Shown in pieces: positions 19,669 through 29,532 of a stretch of 64,000 nt of DNA. Position numbers and translations under genes: made by a program. Within the stretch, counting starts at the first letter, position 1. Every line of letters begins with the position of its first letter. The notes under the pieces were generated by a model. The model had not been told where the DNA came from, ran no database searches, and saw only the letters and a program-made list of their open reading frames with translations. This DNA is from Microcoleus sp. (GTDB lineage Bacteria > Cyanobacteriota > Cyanobacteriia > Cyanobacteriales > Microcoleaceae): NCBI GenBank assembly GCA_052279835.1, contig CP181291.1, forward strand, positions 2,464,001 through 2,528,000. Direction: 5' to 3'.

Positions 19669-19691
19669 AAAAAAGCTTCTTTGTTAAAATA

Positions 19692-20738
19692 TTAAACACC
19701 CCGAAAACCGATCGCCGTTTCCATGGCATCGCGAGGATTGGGGTCAACTAATTCTCGATTTATTTTAGCCTGATATAAGTTGCCCACAAAACCAAATATC
19801 ATCCCGACAAACAACAAACTTCCCCCTAAATATTGAGCTAAAGTAGGAGCTTCCCCTAAAATTAAATAACCCATGATTATAGCTGCAATGGGGTTCAATA
19901 AACTAGCTAAATTAAGTTCCGTTGAAGTCGCATTTTTTAAACCCGCCAACCAACATAATTGACCAGTGACGACAATAACCGCGGCATAGATTATCATCCA
20001 TTGCCACAGAAAAGGTGATAAGACTTCGGCAAAATGGTGAGGTCCGTAAAGTAAATTAGCCAATAGGAAAAAAAACACCGTCCCCAGAATATTGCGATAA
20101 ATCGTAAAAATGCCCAAGGGAATTGATTGTAATTGCAGTTTACCAACAACGGTGGCAATGGAACCAATGATTGCAGCGATCGCCACAAAAATTTCTCCGG
20201 TGCCAATTTGAAATCCACCCATCGTCATCATCTGACTTGAACTCCCTAAAACAGCAGTCACTATCACCCCAGCCAAGGAAATCAGAGAACCTGCAATTGC
20301 CCAAAAATCTACCCGCGAACCCAACAGCAAAACGCCCAACAACAGGGTTAAAATTGGTTCGATGCGCCCAATTAACACAATATTAGTTACATTAGTCTGT
20401 CCCAGGGCTGCAAAAATTAACGCCGGAGCGATCGCCCCCGATAAAATACCTGTAATAGTTAAACTAATCCAATCTTTACGAGTCAGAGCTTTCAGAGTCT
20501 GCCGTTGCCAATCTTGATAAAAAATTAGAGTCATCAACCCCAAGGCACAGATATTACCTACAAATAAAACATTGCACAGTGAAATAGGATTTCTGCCATT
20601 AATCGCATGACTTTCCCCTATTTCCACAATTTTACGAGTTACCGAATTGGAAGCAGCAAAAATTAAAACAGCAATGCCAAGATACATTGGGCTAGGAACT
20701 CGGATCAAAAATTGATGTAATTTATTGGCAACTTTCAT
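19692..20738 (-). CDS. EamA/DMT-family transporter
   Basis: about 10 TM in two EamA repeats; IEPILTLLLGVLLLG and ILGEAPT. Confidence 0.88.
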   Translation of the reverse strand: MKVANKLHQFLIRVPSPMYLGIAVLIFAASNSVTRKIVEIGESHAINGRNPISLCNVLFVGNICALGLMTLIFYQDWQRQTLKALTRKDWISLTITGILSGAIAPALIFAALGQTNVTNIVLIGRIEPILTLLLGVLLLGSRVDFWAIAGSLISLAGVIVTAVLGSSSQMMTMGGFQIGTGEIFVAIAAIIGSIATVVGKLQLQSIPLGIFTIYRNILGTVFFFLLANLLYGPHHFAEVLSPFLWQWMIIYAAVIVVTGQLCWLAGLKNATSTELNLASLLNPIAAIIMGYLILGEAPTLAQYLGGSLLFVGMIFGFVGNLYQAKINRELVDPNPRDAMETAIGFRGV

Positions 20739-20777
20739 GCTCTTGATTTCTCTAATTTTTTAAACCTAAAAATTAGC

Positions 20778-21482
20778 TTATTTGGGTTGAGGACAGGTTT
20801 TATTAGTGTAATCGCATTGATAGATATACTGTGATTGCCAATGGAGGGGAATTTCTAGTAAATCTCTTGCACCAGTGATTCCCTGACCGATAAAGAACAG
20901 GAGAGCCAAACAATTGAGAATGATATGAACCCTGCGCCAGCGATTTTCTCTATCCTGATAAATATCTTGGACGATCGCCACTGAAAAAATCATCAACAAA
21001 GAGGCTATCATACCGTAGTAATAATGGGAAACAAACCATTCATTATCGCGGCGAAAGATTTCTGGTTGAAACCCTAAAATCATCAATCCCATGCCCGTAA
21101 AAGTGGCAAAAATACCTCGCCAGAGTTTAACTCTTGCCTTAAATAGTAGTGTGAAAGAAGCAATGGTTAACAGGAAAATGGCGATCGCAAAAAAGACTCG
21201 AAAAGGTTCTTTGGTGAGGGTGTCGTTACTCAGCATTTTTGAGAAAATGGGGTAGGCCATTCCCAGTAGAGCAACCCCTACCACTGAGCCGCTCAACCAA
21301 TTACCCATGGCTACGTGCTCGGAACCGACTACGGGCGGAATTTTAGTTTTTCCCCCGTCGGCGACAAGCAGGCGGCGTTGACGGGTGAGCAAGGCGCGAT
21401 TCACCACAATTCCGATTAAGGGAAAAACGACAACAATGGTGATCGCCGGATGTAATAATGCAAAGATATCTTGAAGTTCCAT
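20778..21482 (-). CDS. DUF4079-like membrane protein (His-containing, cytochrome b561-like)
   Basis: multi-TM with EHVAMG, SHYYYG and WRRVH histidines; ITGARDLLEIPL. Confidence 0.75.
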   Translation of the reverse strand: MELQDIFALLHPAITIVVVFPLIGIVVNRALLTRQRRLLVADGGKTKIPPVVGSEHVAMGNWLSGSVVGVALLGMAYPIFSKMLSNDTLTKEPFRVFFAIAIFLLTIASFTLLFKARVKLWRGIFATFTGMGLMILGFQPEIFRRDNEWFVSHYYYGMIASLLMIFSVAIVQDIYQDRENRWRRVHIILNCLALLFFIGQGITGARDLLEIPLHWQSQYIYQCDYTNKTCPQPK

Positions 21483-21532
21483 GTTAAATATCCATTAATT
21501 CACTATTTAGGGACAATCAAAATTATCGATCG

Positions 21533-22189
21533 CTAAGCAGCCACAAACAGGGACAATAAAATGGCGATCGCGTCGGCGGGTTCATAACGCTTGCTATAAT
21601 CCACGTCAATGTGAGCTAGGGCAATATGTCGATGGCGATCGATAATAAAAGTGGCAGGAACAGGTAACAGCCAATCTTCCGTCCCATTGTAATCTGGGAG
21701 AGCGTGACCCAATTCGGTATAAAGTAATTTAAGAGGAGGGGGAATTTGAAATACAATACCATAATCACGGGCAATTTGGCAACCCACATCACTCAGAACA
21801 TCAAAGGAAAGTCCGTTGTTAACGACTGTTTTTCGGGAAGCATCAATTGTTTGGGGAGAAATGGCTAAAACCGAAGCTCCCAAGGCCTGAATTTTGGGTG
21901 ATAGCCCCTGATAAGCCCGTAATTCCAGATTACAATAGGGACACCAACTGCCAAAATAAAAACAGAGAATAACGGCTCCCTGATTTAATCGCTCGTACAG
22001 ACTAATCTTTTGACCGTCAGTATTTTCGAGGACAAAATCCGGGGCATCGTCGTCAATTCTTAAGCTTCTGCGATTTTTAAATTCCTTGGCTAATGCTTGA
22101 GTTGCTAGTTGCATAATCGCCGCTTTTTCCGGGGGAAACCTTGCCAAGAATTCCTGGTAAAATTTATGAAATTCCAGTTGTAAATTCAC
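21533..22189 (-). CDS. peroxiredoxin-like (AhpC/TSA/redoxin) protein
   Basis: APDFVL, WCPYCNLELRA, LPVPATFIID; start uncertain (GTG 22189; ORF extends to 22252). Confidence 0.85.
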   Translation of the reverse strand: MNLQLEFHKFYQEFLARFPPEKAAIMQLATQALAKEFKNRRSLRIDDDAPDFVLENTDGQKISLYERLNQGAVILCFYFGSWCPYCNLELRAYQGLSPKIQALGASVLAISPQTIDASRKTVVNNGLSFDVLSDVGCQIARDYGIVFQIPPPLKLLYTELGHALPDYNGTEDWLLPVPATFIIDRHRHIALAHIDVDYSKRYEPADAIAILLSLFVAA

Positions 22190-22253
22190 GATATTTCCCA
22201 ATATATGTCTGGGGGATATTCCCTTACTTAAAATCAGCAAGGGAACAGGCAAA

Positions 22254-22670
22254 TTACTTCACTTCATTTGGTGAAAACATCGCTACTTTCCCTTGTTTTA
22301 CAGCGACAACGACATCATAGGTTGCACAGTAGGAGAAGGTAACATCGTTGGCTTTGTTATACAGATTGACCACCATGCCTGCTCCACCTGGTTGTACTCC
22401 TAATGGTAATAAATCACCAAAGAAAAATCTTCGCAATTGGTCGCCACTACCAATTTGTCCTTTGTTTTTACTAATCATATCGATCTTTTGTTGAACCGTC
22501 ATTTCCGGGGCGGCGATCGCGGTATTTTGCAATTGAGGTACAAAGCTATGTACAGCCACATCTCCCGCAGTGATAACGCTAGCCAGGGCTAGGGGAGCAA
22601 ACAGAGGACTGAGGGATTTGAGTTTTAACATTGACGTTTTTGGGGTGAGAACGGTTGATGAGACTATCAT
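22254..22670 (-). CDS. hypothetical exported protein
   Basis: signal-peptide-like N-terminus; first gene divergent from the LysR. Confidence 0.7.
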   Translation of the reverse strand: MIVSSTVLTPKTSMLKLKSLSPLFAPLALASVITAGDVAVHSFVPQLQNTAIAAPEMTVQQKIDMISKNKGQIGSGDQLRRFFFGDLLPLGVQPGGAGMVVNLYNKANDVTFSYCATYDVVVAVKQGKVAMFSPNEVK

Positions 22671-22741
22671 GATCTATTTCAATTTCTTTGAGAAGCAGGC
22701 AAAATAGAATATGCTATATGCCATTTAGGAATAGGTGCTGT

Positions 22742-23650
22742 ATGGACCGAATTGCTTGTATGCAAAGTTTCGTTCGGGCGATCGAAATGAATAGCTTTTC
22801 AGCCGTAGCGCGGGAACAAAAGACCACGCAACCGACGATTAGTAAGCAAATCGCCGCTCTCGAAAAATATCTGGGGGTACAATTACTCACTCGTTCCACT
22901 ACCAATTTGAATTTGACCGAAGAAGGTAAAAAATACTATCAATACTGCCAGCAAATTTTGGAAACCGTTGCCGAAGCAGAGGCCAGTTTAACCGGGAAAG
23001 AACGGGCAACAGGCGTTTTAAGATTGGGCTGTCCCGTGCTGTTTGGGCAAATGCAGGTTGTTCCCCGTTTAAAAGCATTTATGAAACGCTATCCCGATGT
23101 CAAGGTAGATCTGATGATGGCAGATCATTTTGTGGACATTGTAGAGGATGGTTTAGACCTGTTAATCCGCATTGGTAATCGTCTGGATAGTTCCCTGATT
23201 AGCCATCGTATCGGCACGACTCGCCGCGTCACAGTGGCAACAACAGACTATTTTGAACAAGCGGGAGAACCGAAAAAACCGGAGGATTTAGTACATCATG
23301 ATTGTATTGTTTACACTCATCTGTCAACGGGTAATGAGTGGCATTTTCAAGGAACAGATGGCACTATTAAGGTGCGGGTGGGGGGCTGTTTTCAAACTAA
23401 TAGTTCTGTGGCAATTCGAGCCGCAGTGTTATCGGGTTTGGGGATTGCGGTAGCGCCGGTGTGGATGTTTGGTGATGAGATTTACCGGGGCGATATCAAG
23501 GTTGTGTTGCAGGATTATCAGCCGACTCCGTTGCAAATTCATGGGGTGTATCGTCGGAGTCGTTTTTATCCAGCAAAGATAGTTTGTTTTATTGAATTTT
23601 TAGCGGCAGAATTCAAGCTCGATCCCTGGGTTTCAGATTATGGGGTTTGA
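22742..23650 (+). CDS. LysR-family regulator (DmlR/CrgA-like)
   Basis: SFSAVAREQKTTQPTISKQIAALEKYLGVQLLTRSTT HTH. Confidence 0.93.
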   Translation: MDRIACMQSFVRAIEMNSFSAVAREQKTTQPTISKQIAALEKYLGVQLLTRSTTNLNLTEEGKKYYQYCQQILETVAEAEASLTGKERATGVLRLGCPVLFGQMQVVPRLKAFMKRYPDVKVDLMMADHFVDIVEDGLDLLIRIGNRLDSSLISHRIGTTRRVTVATTDYFEQAGEPKKPEDLVHHDCIVYTHLSTGNEWHFQGTDGTIKVRVGGCFQTNSSVAIRAAVLSGLGIAVAPVWMFGDEIYRGDIKVVLQDYQPTPLQIHGVYRRSRFYPAKIVCFIEFLAAEFKLDPWVSDYGV

Positions 23651-23670
23651 GCCAGACAATTATCCGTAGC

Positions 23671-24321
23671 TCATTCGGAAGTTCTTTTTGATTTCATTTT
23701 ATCGATCTTTTTACGAAGATAATAAACAACAACCTGACAGAATGGATCGAGTTCTTTTCCATTATCGCCGTTCCACTTGTGTAGTTCTTTTCGTATATCT
23801 GCATCAGAGGGTTGTTTTTGAATCAATCCTTTGCGAAAGGCTTCTAATACTCCTTTACGATTACGAACCAACGCACCTTCATTCAAATTCAAGACTTCAT
23901 TAATTTCTTGATTGAATTGGGTATCATTTGATTTAACTGTACCGTCTCCCAAGAAACATATTTTACCTTCAACGTTATGAGATGGATTAGCAGGGTTAAA
24001 AGTTAGATCGAGATTTCCTTTTTTTGTGTCACAGTGCTGTTTATTTTTCGTTTGCCCTTCTCCTCCGCGACAAGCCCCAAGGAGATTATTGTATTCTAGC
24101 TGTCTGTGAGGGTATATATCTTGGCTTTGCCAGTGTTCGATTTTCATGTTTTGTGAGTCAGGACGAATCCGTTGCATACAGTAACAGCAAATTCCTCTTT
24201 GTTCGCTCACTAGACTTGCTCTCAGGTCATCTTTTTCGGCATAGTTATCATAGTCAGTATTTGTATTGCACCGATGCTGTGTCAAGGACGTTGGTTCGGT
24301 CTTTTTCTGGATGTTTCTCAT
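23671..24321 (-). CDS. HNH endonuclease, PtuB/TIGR02646-like
   Basis: EQRGICCYCM, IEHW, YNNLLGAC, HCDTKKG; ATGA overlap with the ATPase. Confidence 0.88.
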   Translation of the reverse strand: MRNIQKKTEPTSLTQHRCNTNTDYDNYAEKDDLRASLVSEQRGICCYCMQRIRPDSQNMKIEHWQSQDIYPHRQLEYNNLLGACRGGEGQTKNKQHCDTKKGNLDLTFNPANPSHNVEGKICFLGDGTVKSNDTQFNQEINEVLNLNEGALVRNRKGVLEAFRKGLIQKQPSDADIRKELHKWNGDNGKELDPFCQVVVYYLRKKIDKMKSKRTSE

Positions 24322-25643
24322 TCATTACCTTCTAAGAATTTAATCAGCGATCGAGCTTGAGTAATCTCAGGAGCTTGGTGTCCAATTTTTTCACCAAGGG
24401 GAATCATAGCTTGACGTGCGCCATCAAAGTTTTCATCATCAATTAGTCTAAAAAGAGCGTGAAGCTTGTCTGCTACCTCTTTGTTACGTTCTGACGATCC
24501 CATCTGCTCCTCTAGTATTCGGTTGGCATCAAGACCATAAGATTCTAATGGAATGGTAGAAATAACTTTGCCAGTTTCTTCATCGCGTTCTAGGACTCTA
24601 ATACAGCTTGCTTCGACTTCACCAATAACAAGTGGCGAATGGGAAGTGCAAACAAACTGGATTGAGGGGAAGGTTCTGGTGAGGTCATTTACAACTTGAC
24701 GTTGCCATTTTGGATGGAGATGTACATCTATTTCATCAATTAGGACTAGCCCTGATGTTTCTTGCAAAATCAGAGGCAATTCTTGACTAGATATATCTAA
24801 TTTTTCTGTTAGAAAAGAGGCATTTTGAGTGACGATTTTGATAGCAATATCGGCAATTAGACCTACCATCATTTTTTGACCTGCACTAAGGTTACTAAAG
24901 GGTTGGGGGTTGCCTTGAATAGAAACAACAATTTCCGATCGCTCTGGGTCAAACCATAGGTCATCTGCATTGGGAATACAACGCAAAATAGCAAACTTTA
25001 CAACCTTGTAACCAGGGCGCCTTTGTCCCTGTCGATTGACAGAAGCGATCGCTTCTTTCTGGAACCAAGTATCGATATCGGCGATTCTAATCCGTTCTTT
25101 AAAGCAGTCATAGAAGGCATCCCAACGGCGAGCGGGGCTAGTGTGGGTAGTTGCTTTGTCGCGTTGGTTGGAGGGTAGCCAAGCTCTACCTGCTCCGTAG
25201 TAGGCGATGATGGGTAGCCAAATTTTTGCGCCTGCTTCAATCTGTTGAAATAAAGTGGAGATAATTTCTAGAGCTTGTTTGGCTTCTGTGTTGGAGGTTC
25301 TGGAGCCGTTAGTTTTGAATTGTCTGAGCCATTGGACTGGCTGACTGTTAATCGTGCCGATCGCCCTAATCTGAACGGGTTTTCGTTGTATAAATTGGGT
25401 GATGGTGTCGGATTCGATCGCTTCTAAGCGAATTTCTGAGGGCAGAATGTTACGGCGGCTATTGTTGAGGGTTGTGTCGGGGGAGTTGACCAGCCAAATT
25501 CCAGCCGCGATCGCCAAAGCATCGAGGATCGTCGTTTTACCTGTGCCATTGTCCCCAACCAGCAACGTAAATTGGGGATGCAAGTCAAGAGTATAGTCTG
25601 AAAATTTCTTGAAGTTTTTGATTTCTAGTCGGTCAATTCTCAT
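24318..25643 (-). CDS. ABC-type AAA ATPase, PtuA-like
   Basis: Walker A GDNGTGKT, signature LSAGQ, Walker B LIDEIDVHLHPKWQ, TSHSP. Confidence 0.9.
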   Translation of the reverse strand: MRIDRLEIKNFKKFSDYTLDLHPQFTLLVGDNGTGKTTILDALAIAAGIWLVNSPDTTLNNSRRNILPSEIRLEAIESDTITQFIQRKPVQIRAIGTINSQPVQWLRQFKTNGSRTSNTEAKQALEIISTLFQQIEAGAKIWLPIIAYYGAGRAWLPSNQRDKATTHTSPARRWDAFYDCFKERIRIADIDTWFQKEAIASVNRQGQRRPGYKVVKFAILRCIPNADDLWFDPERSEIVVSIQGNPQPFSNLSAGQKMMVGLIADIAIKIVTQNASFLTEKLDISSQELPLILQETSGLVLIDEIDVHLHPKWQRQVVNDLTRTFPSIQFVCTSHSPLVIGEVEASCIRVLERDEETGKVISTIPLESYGLDANRILEEQMGSSERNKEVADKLHALFRLIDDENFDGARQAMIPLGEKIGHQAPEITQARSLIKFLEGNE

Positions 25644-25729
25644 GGTAATGTGCTACTGTCGAACAGGCCAGTTACTCAGCTAAGACGATTAATGCAATCG
25701 TGTCATCGGGCGCGATCGGGCGAATCATA

Positions 25730-26155
25730 CTATTTTGTAGTTGTACTTTTGGGCAACAATTGATTTAGCGCACCACACAAATATTTCTTCACAGTGTCCC
25801 TACTTGCACCCACACCACTCGGAATAGTAAATATCATCTCAACAGTTAATAGAGTTCCGTCGGCTGAGGCAAACACATCAATTGGCAAAGCCCGCTGAAA
25901 TGCTGTGGCGGGATTTTCGGCTTTCATGACACCTGCGCTCACATCGGTGCTGATAGTTCTAATGCTCTCGCGGGCTAAAATGGGTCGTAATTGGGAAAAT
26001 GCTTTTTCTATTGATAATCCTTCTACCTGAACGCGCGCAGAAAAAGCTGCACCATTCAAAAAGTCCCCTTTTTTTTGAAAGCTTTCTTCGCAGGTTGTGG
26101 CAACAGCGGGGGTGGCTAAACACATGAGAGCTAGAGTCAAGAGGAGCGATCGCAT
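25730..26155 (-). CDS. hypothetical exported protein
   Basis: signal peptide MRSLLLTLALMCLATPAVA; paired Cys. Confidence 0.75.
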   Translation of the reverse strand: MRSLLLTLALMCLATPAVATTCEESFQKKGDFLNGAAFSARVQVEGLSIEKAFSQLRPILARESIRTISTDVSAGVMKAENPATAFQRALPIDVFASADGTLLTVEMIFTIPSGVGASRDTVKKYLCGALNQLLPKSTTTK

Positions 26156-26213
26156 ATTAATTGAGTTAGAAGAATGAAACAATCATAAAGTTAAACTAAA
26201 GTAGATGCAATCA

Positions 26214-26429
26214 TTATAAGTGAGATAGCAACCTGTCGTACTCTGCGTGGGAACCAACCCAAAACCAGATCGCGGTATCTCCATCCAACTGACCAACGGC
26301 TCGATAGTTGTTGCTGATTCTAGCAGAGTAGATTGGTAACTCTGGAGGCACTTTTTTGAAACGCAGACTTGGATAACTTGGGTTTTCCTGGAACTGGCGA
26401 TATGCCTCGCGTGTTTGATTTAGCATCAA
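26214..26429 (-). pseudogene. N-terminally truncated ParE/RelE-like toxin
   Basis: NPSYPSLRFKKV...YSARISNNYRAVG...WFWVGSHAEYD; 5' end fused directly to a copy of the antitoxin promoter region. Confidence 0.75.
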
Positions 26430-26558
26430 AATGGCATCTTATCTATTATTGCTTATTTTTGGCTTGAGCGAATCACAAGTTGCCAGAGCGCGATCGCCCT
26501 TGACAAAAAGCGCACTTTTCGCAGAACAATAAGACTAGAAACTAAAAGAGCGATCGCA
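26420..26558. repeat. copy of the TA promoter/upstream region (other copy at 30683-30824)
   Basis: TAGCATCAAAATGG...TTCGCAGAACAATAA.ACTAGAAACTAAAAGAGCGATCGCA present twice. Confidence 0.85.
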
Positions 26559-26604
26559 GTAAATTGAATGGCGATCGCGAGTTGCTAAGATGACTGACGA
26601 CAGA

Positions 26605-27489
26605 TTACCTCGGTATCACAGCCGAGATATCCCATCCGTCCGCAGAGAGTGCGTTATGAGGTGGCTGCTGAGCAGATGACTTTTTGAGTCCCTGTAAACT
26701 GTCACGATTTTGGACTAATACAAATGTGGCAACTACTAGCAGGAAGTAACCGAAACTTTTTTGCAGTTGTGGCGCTGGCACAAACTGTGCTAAATAAGCC
26801 CCAATCACCGTTCCGCATCCAGCTAAAAAGGTGAATGAAACCGTGAGATTCCAGTCTAGGGAAATATGCCCTAAATAACCGAGCAGCCCTGCGACAGAAT
26901 TACACGCAATAATTAGCAGAGAAGTTCCGATCGCCTGTCGCATGGGTATGTTTCCCAACAACACCAAAGCAGGGACGATCGCAAACCCACCCCCCACACC
27001 AACCAATCCTGTCAAAACACCTACTGCAATCCCTTCAGTCATCAGCCATAGCCAGCAGTATTTACAAACGGGCTTGACATACTCAATAGTATCTAGTTCA
27101 TCCTGACTAGATACAGGCTTTGACTTGCTGGTGCGATAAATCATCAATCCGGCGGCCATCAACATCGACAGTCCAAATAGAGTCATCTGGAATGCGCTGG
27201 TAATCAAGGGTAGCGTCGCAATCCTTGCGCCCAGGTAAGCCCCCAACATGGTCGCACTTCCAAAAATCAACGCTGTTTTGAAATTAAGATTGCCACGCCG
27301 TGCATGGGGAATGCTGCCCAATAAGCTAACAGTTCCCACAATAATCAAAGTCATGGCGATCGCAGGTTTTGGCGCAACACCCATAACATAAACCAGCACA
27401 GGCAATGCTAACACAGAACCACCACCGCCCAATAAGCCTAAACTCACACCAATACCAACTGCCAGGAAATGTCCCAGTATCCAGATCAT
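26605..27489 (-). CDS. sulfite exporter TauE/SafE family protein
   Basis: GLLGGGGSVLALP and GLVGVGGGFAIVPAL repeats; multi-TM. Confidence 0.92.
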   Translation of the reverse strand: MIWILGHFLAVGIGVSLGLLGGGGSVLALPVLVYVMGVAPKPAIAMTLIIVGTVSLLGSIPHARRGNLNFKTALIFGSATMLGAYLGARIATLPLITSAFQMTLFGLSMLMAAGLMIYRTSKSKPVSSQDELDTIEYVKPVCKYCWLWLMTEGIAVGVLTGLVGVGGGFAIVPALVLLGNIPMRQAIGTSLLIIACNSVAGLLGYLGHISLDWNLTVSFTFLAGCGTVIGAYLAQFVPAPQLQKSFGYFLLVVATFVLVQNRDSLQGLKKSSAQQPPHNALSADGWDISAVIPR

Positions 27490-28037
27490 GGTTTATTTCC
27501 TGCTTGTTGGTTGTAAGGTAACTTGGCCAACAGCATTCCCATCGCACAAGTGTTAGTGACTCCAGCAAACACTAGCCCAGCCCCCACAAAGCCACTCAGA
27601 AGTAAAAAATTAGGCGAGACCAACACTCCTAAAACTGTTCCCAGCACAACCAATGAGCCTGCCACGACTTGTACCTGTCGAAATAGGCTAATCGGTGCAT
27701 TTTGACTTTTGTCAATAGGATAACCTGCATTTTTCCAAGTAGGAATTCCGCCACGCAGATGAATCACAGAATTGAATCCTGCATCTAAACATTGTCTGGC
27801 GGCTTTGGCAGAACGATTTCCAGATTGACAATAAAGAACGAGTTTTTGTCCCTCAGACGGTCGTACTTGAAGTGGATCGAATTGTGAAAGTGGATGCAAT
27901 TTTGCGCCGGGAATCCGTTCAGTTGCATATTCGGCAGATTCCCGAACATCCACTAAAGTTACGGCGTTTTTGTCAAGCAATTGTTTCAATGTTTGAGCAT
28001 CAATTTCTTGAAGTTGAGCATCGTTAGTCATTGTCAT
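27486..28037 (-). CDS. rhodanese with C-terminal DUF2892 membrane domain (YgaP-like)
   Basis: LVDVRESAEY, active-site YCQSGNRS, GVTNTCAMGMLL. Confidence 0.9.
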   Translation of the reverse strand: MTMTNDAQLQEIDAQTLKQLLDKNAVTLVDVRESAEYATERIPGAKLHPLSQFDPLQVRPSEGQKLVLYCQSGNRSAKAARQCLDAGFNSVIHLRGGIPTWKNAGYPIDKSQNAPISLFRQVQVVAGSLVVLGTVLGVLVSPNFLLLSGFVGAGLVFAGVTNTCAMGMLLAKLPYNQQAGNKP

Positions 28038-28068
28038 TGTGTTACTCCAAATAAAATAGATCTAAGGT

Positions 28069-28776
28069 TTAAGCTAAAATTGAAGTTAGGTTGCCACACC
28101 GTTCATTCGCTGGCACAGCTTCCATCATTTTTTGAGGATTGGGCAGATTTAGTGCATTCATAAATTGAATAAACTCATCCCGGCTGCGCCCGACAAACCG
28201 AGGGTTCCAGTGTTTTTCTTCCTCAATGGAAGAAACTGTTTGCCCGCGATAGTCGTGTCCTGGATAGATTGAGGTAGAGTCAGGCAAGGTGAATAAGCGT
28301 TGAGTGACTGAATCAAACAAGGTTCCGGCGTCCCCGCTTTGAAAATCAGTGCGTCCACAACCGCGGATAAATAACGCATCGCCGGTCAGCAAGTGAGTTC
28401 CATTGACGAGGTATGCCATATGGCTATCTGTGTGTCCTGGTGTGGCGATCGCCTGCACTGCAACCAATCCAACCTGTAGCGTTTCGCCCTGGTGGATAAA
28501 ACGGTCTGCACAGTTAACCTGTGCTTGGGCTGGAACCACACTCGCACAGCCTGTTGCTTGCCGCAGTTGAGATGCACTGGTAATGTGATCGGCATGAACA
28601 TGAGTTTCCAAGCAATAACGCAACGTCAAACCCAGTTCTTTGACCAACTTGAGGTCTCGCTCAACCTGTTCCAAGACTGGATCGACCAATAGGGCTTCTG
28701 CGGAATCGCGATCGGCAATCAGATAAGTATAGGTACTGCTTTCCCTGTCAAAAAGTTGACGAAACAGCATGGCCAT
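28069..28776 (-). CDS. persulfide dioxygenase, ETHE1-like MBL-fold hydrolase
   Basis: ETHVHADHIT, TPGHT, GCGRTDFQ, YPGHDY. Confidence 0.92.
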   Translation of the reverse strand: MAMLFRQLFDRESSTYTYLIADRDSAEALLVDPVLEQVERDLKLVKELGLTLRYCLETHVHADHITSASQLRQATGCASVVPAQAQVNCADRFIHQGETLQVGLVAVQAIATPGHTDSHMAYLVNGTHLLTGDALFIRGCGRTDFQSGDAGTLFDSVTQRLFTLPDSTSIYPGHDYRGQTVSSIEEEKHWNPRFVGRSRDEFIQFMNALNLPNPQKMMEAVPANERCGNLTSILA

Positions 28777-28787
28777 TCCTCTCTATT

Positions 28788-28823
28788 TATTTATAATATT
28801 ACGATATAGTAATATTATAAATA
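28788..28823. promoter_or_regulatory. putative ArsR operator in the divergent promoter
   Basis: perfect 15-bp inverted repeat TATTTATAATATTAC-N6-GTAATATTATAAATA. Confidence 0.7.
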
Positions 28824-28859
28824 TGTCAAGTCAAAACTCTAGTCAACAAACTCCTGCTT

Positions 28860-29204
28860 ATGTCTCAAATCCCAGTTTCGGCTCTGGCTCAGGTTGCCGA
28901 TTACTTCAAAGTTCTATCAGAACTCAGCCGGCTGCAAGTGCTGTGTGCACTCAAAAATGGGACCAAAAATGTGACTGAAATCATTGAGGAAACAGGGCTG
29001 GGGCAAGCCAATGTTTCCAAGCACCTCAAGATTTTGACCCAAGCAGGCATCGTTCAACGGCAGCCGCAGGGAGTCAGTGTTTACTATCAAATCACCGATC
29101 CGATGATTTTTGATTTATGCGAACTTGTGTGTCAGAAGCTGGAAACTCGATTGCAAGAACAGTCACAGGAGTTAAAAAAGCTCGACAGATTGCGTCAAGT
29201 CTAA
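28860..29204 (+). CDS. ArsR/SmtB-family repressor (BigR/SqrR-like)
   Basis: FKVLSELSRLQVLC, QANVSKHLKIL, VYYQI; Cys residues in alpha2 and alpha5 regions. Confidence 0.9.
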   Translation: MSQIPVSALAQVADYFKVLSELSRLQVLCALKNGTKNVTEIIEETGLGQANVSKHLKILTQAGIVQRQPQGVSVYYQITDPMIFDLCELVCQKLETRLQEQSQELKKLDRLRQV

Positions 29205-29431
29205 TCGTCTGCACTGAGGATATCTTCCGACAAAGGAGCGTCGAAATCATCTGGAACGGTAAACTCGCCTGCACACAAACCAAATGGTCGCAATTGCTTG
29301 CTGCTAGAAATAGGTCTGAGTTCGGCGATCGGCTTATCTGCTTGCAGGATCACAAAAGTTGCACCTGCTTCCACTTGACGCAGATACTTTGAAGGATCGC
29401 GTTGAATTTCGTCAACTGTAACGTTCAACAT
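29201..29431 (-). CDS. Phd/YefM-like antitoxin (orphan, possibly clipped at the C-terminus)
   Basis: YLRQVEAG...KPIAEL, RPFGLCAGEFTVPDDFDAPL; no PIN toxin follows. Confidence 0.8.
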   Translation of the reverse strand: MLNVTVDEIQRDPSKYLRQVEAGATFVILQADKPIAELRPISSSKQLRPFGLCAGEFTVPDDFDAPLSEDILSADD

Positions 29432-29532
29432 AAAAATGCCTCAGTATAAAGCTCAAAAGCAGTTTCATGGTCTTTCTCAACAACCGCAGTGAAGGTTCTG
29501 ATAAAGTTAAACCAAAGTAGATGAAATAACCA

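Noticed and set aside
18291..25643. Complete retron (hairpin as msr-msd plus PtuAB)
   Set aside because: No reverse transcriptase in the window, and the hairpin is more than 5 kb from the ATPase/HNH genes
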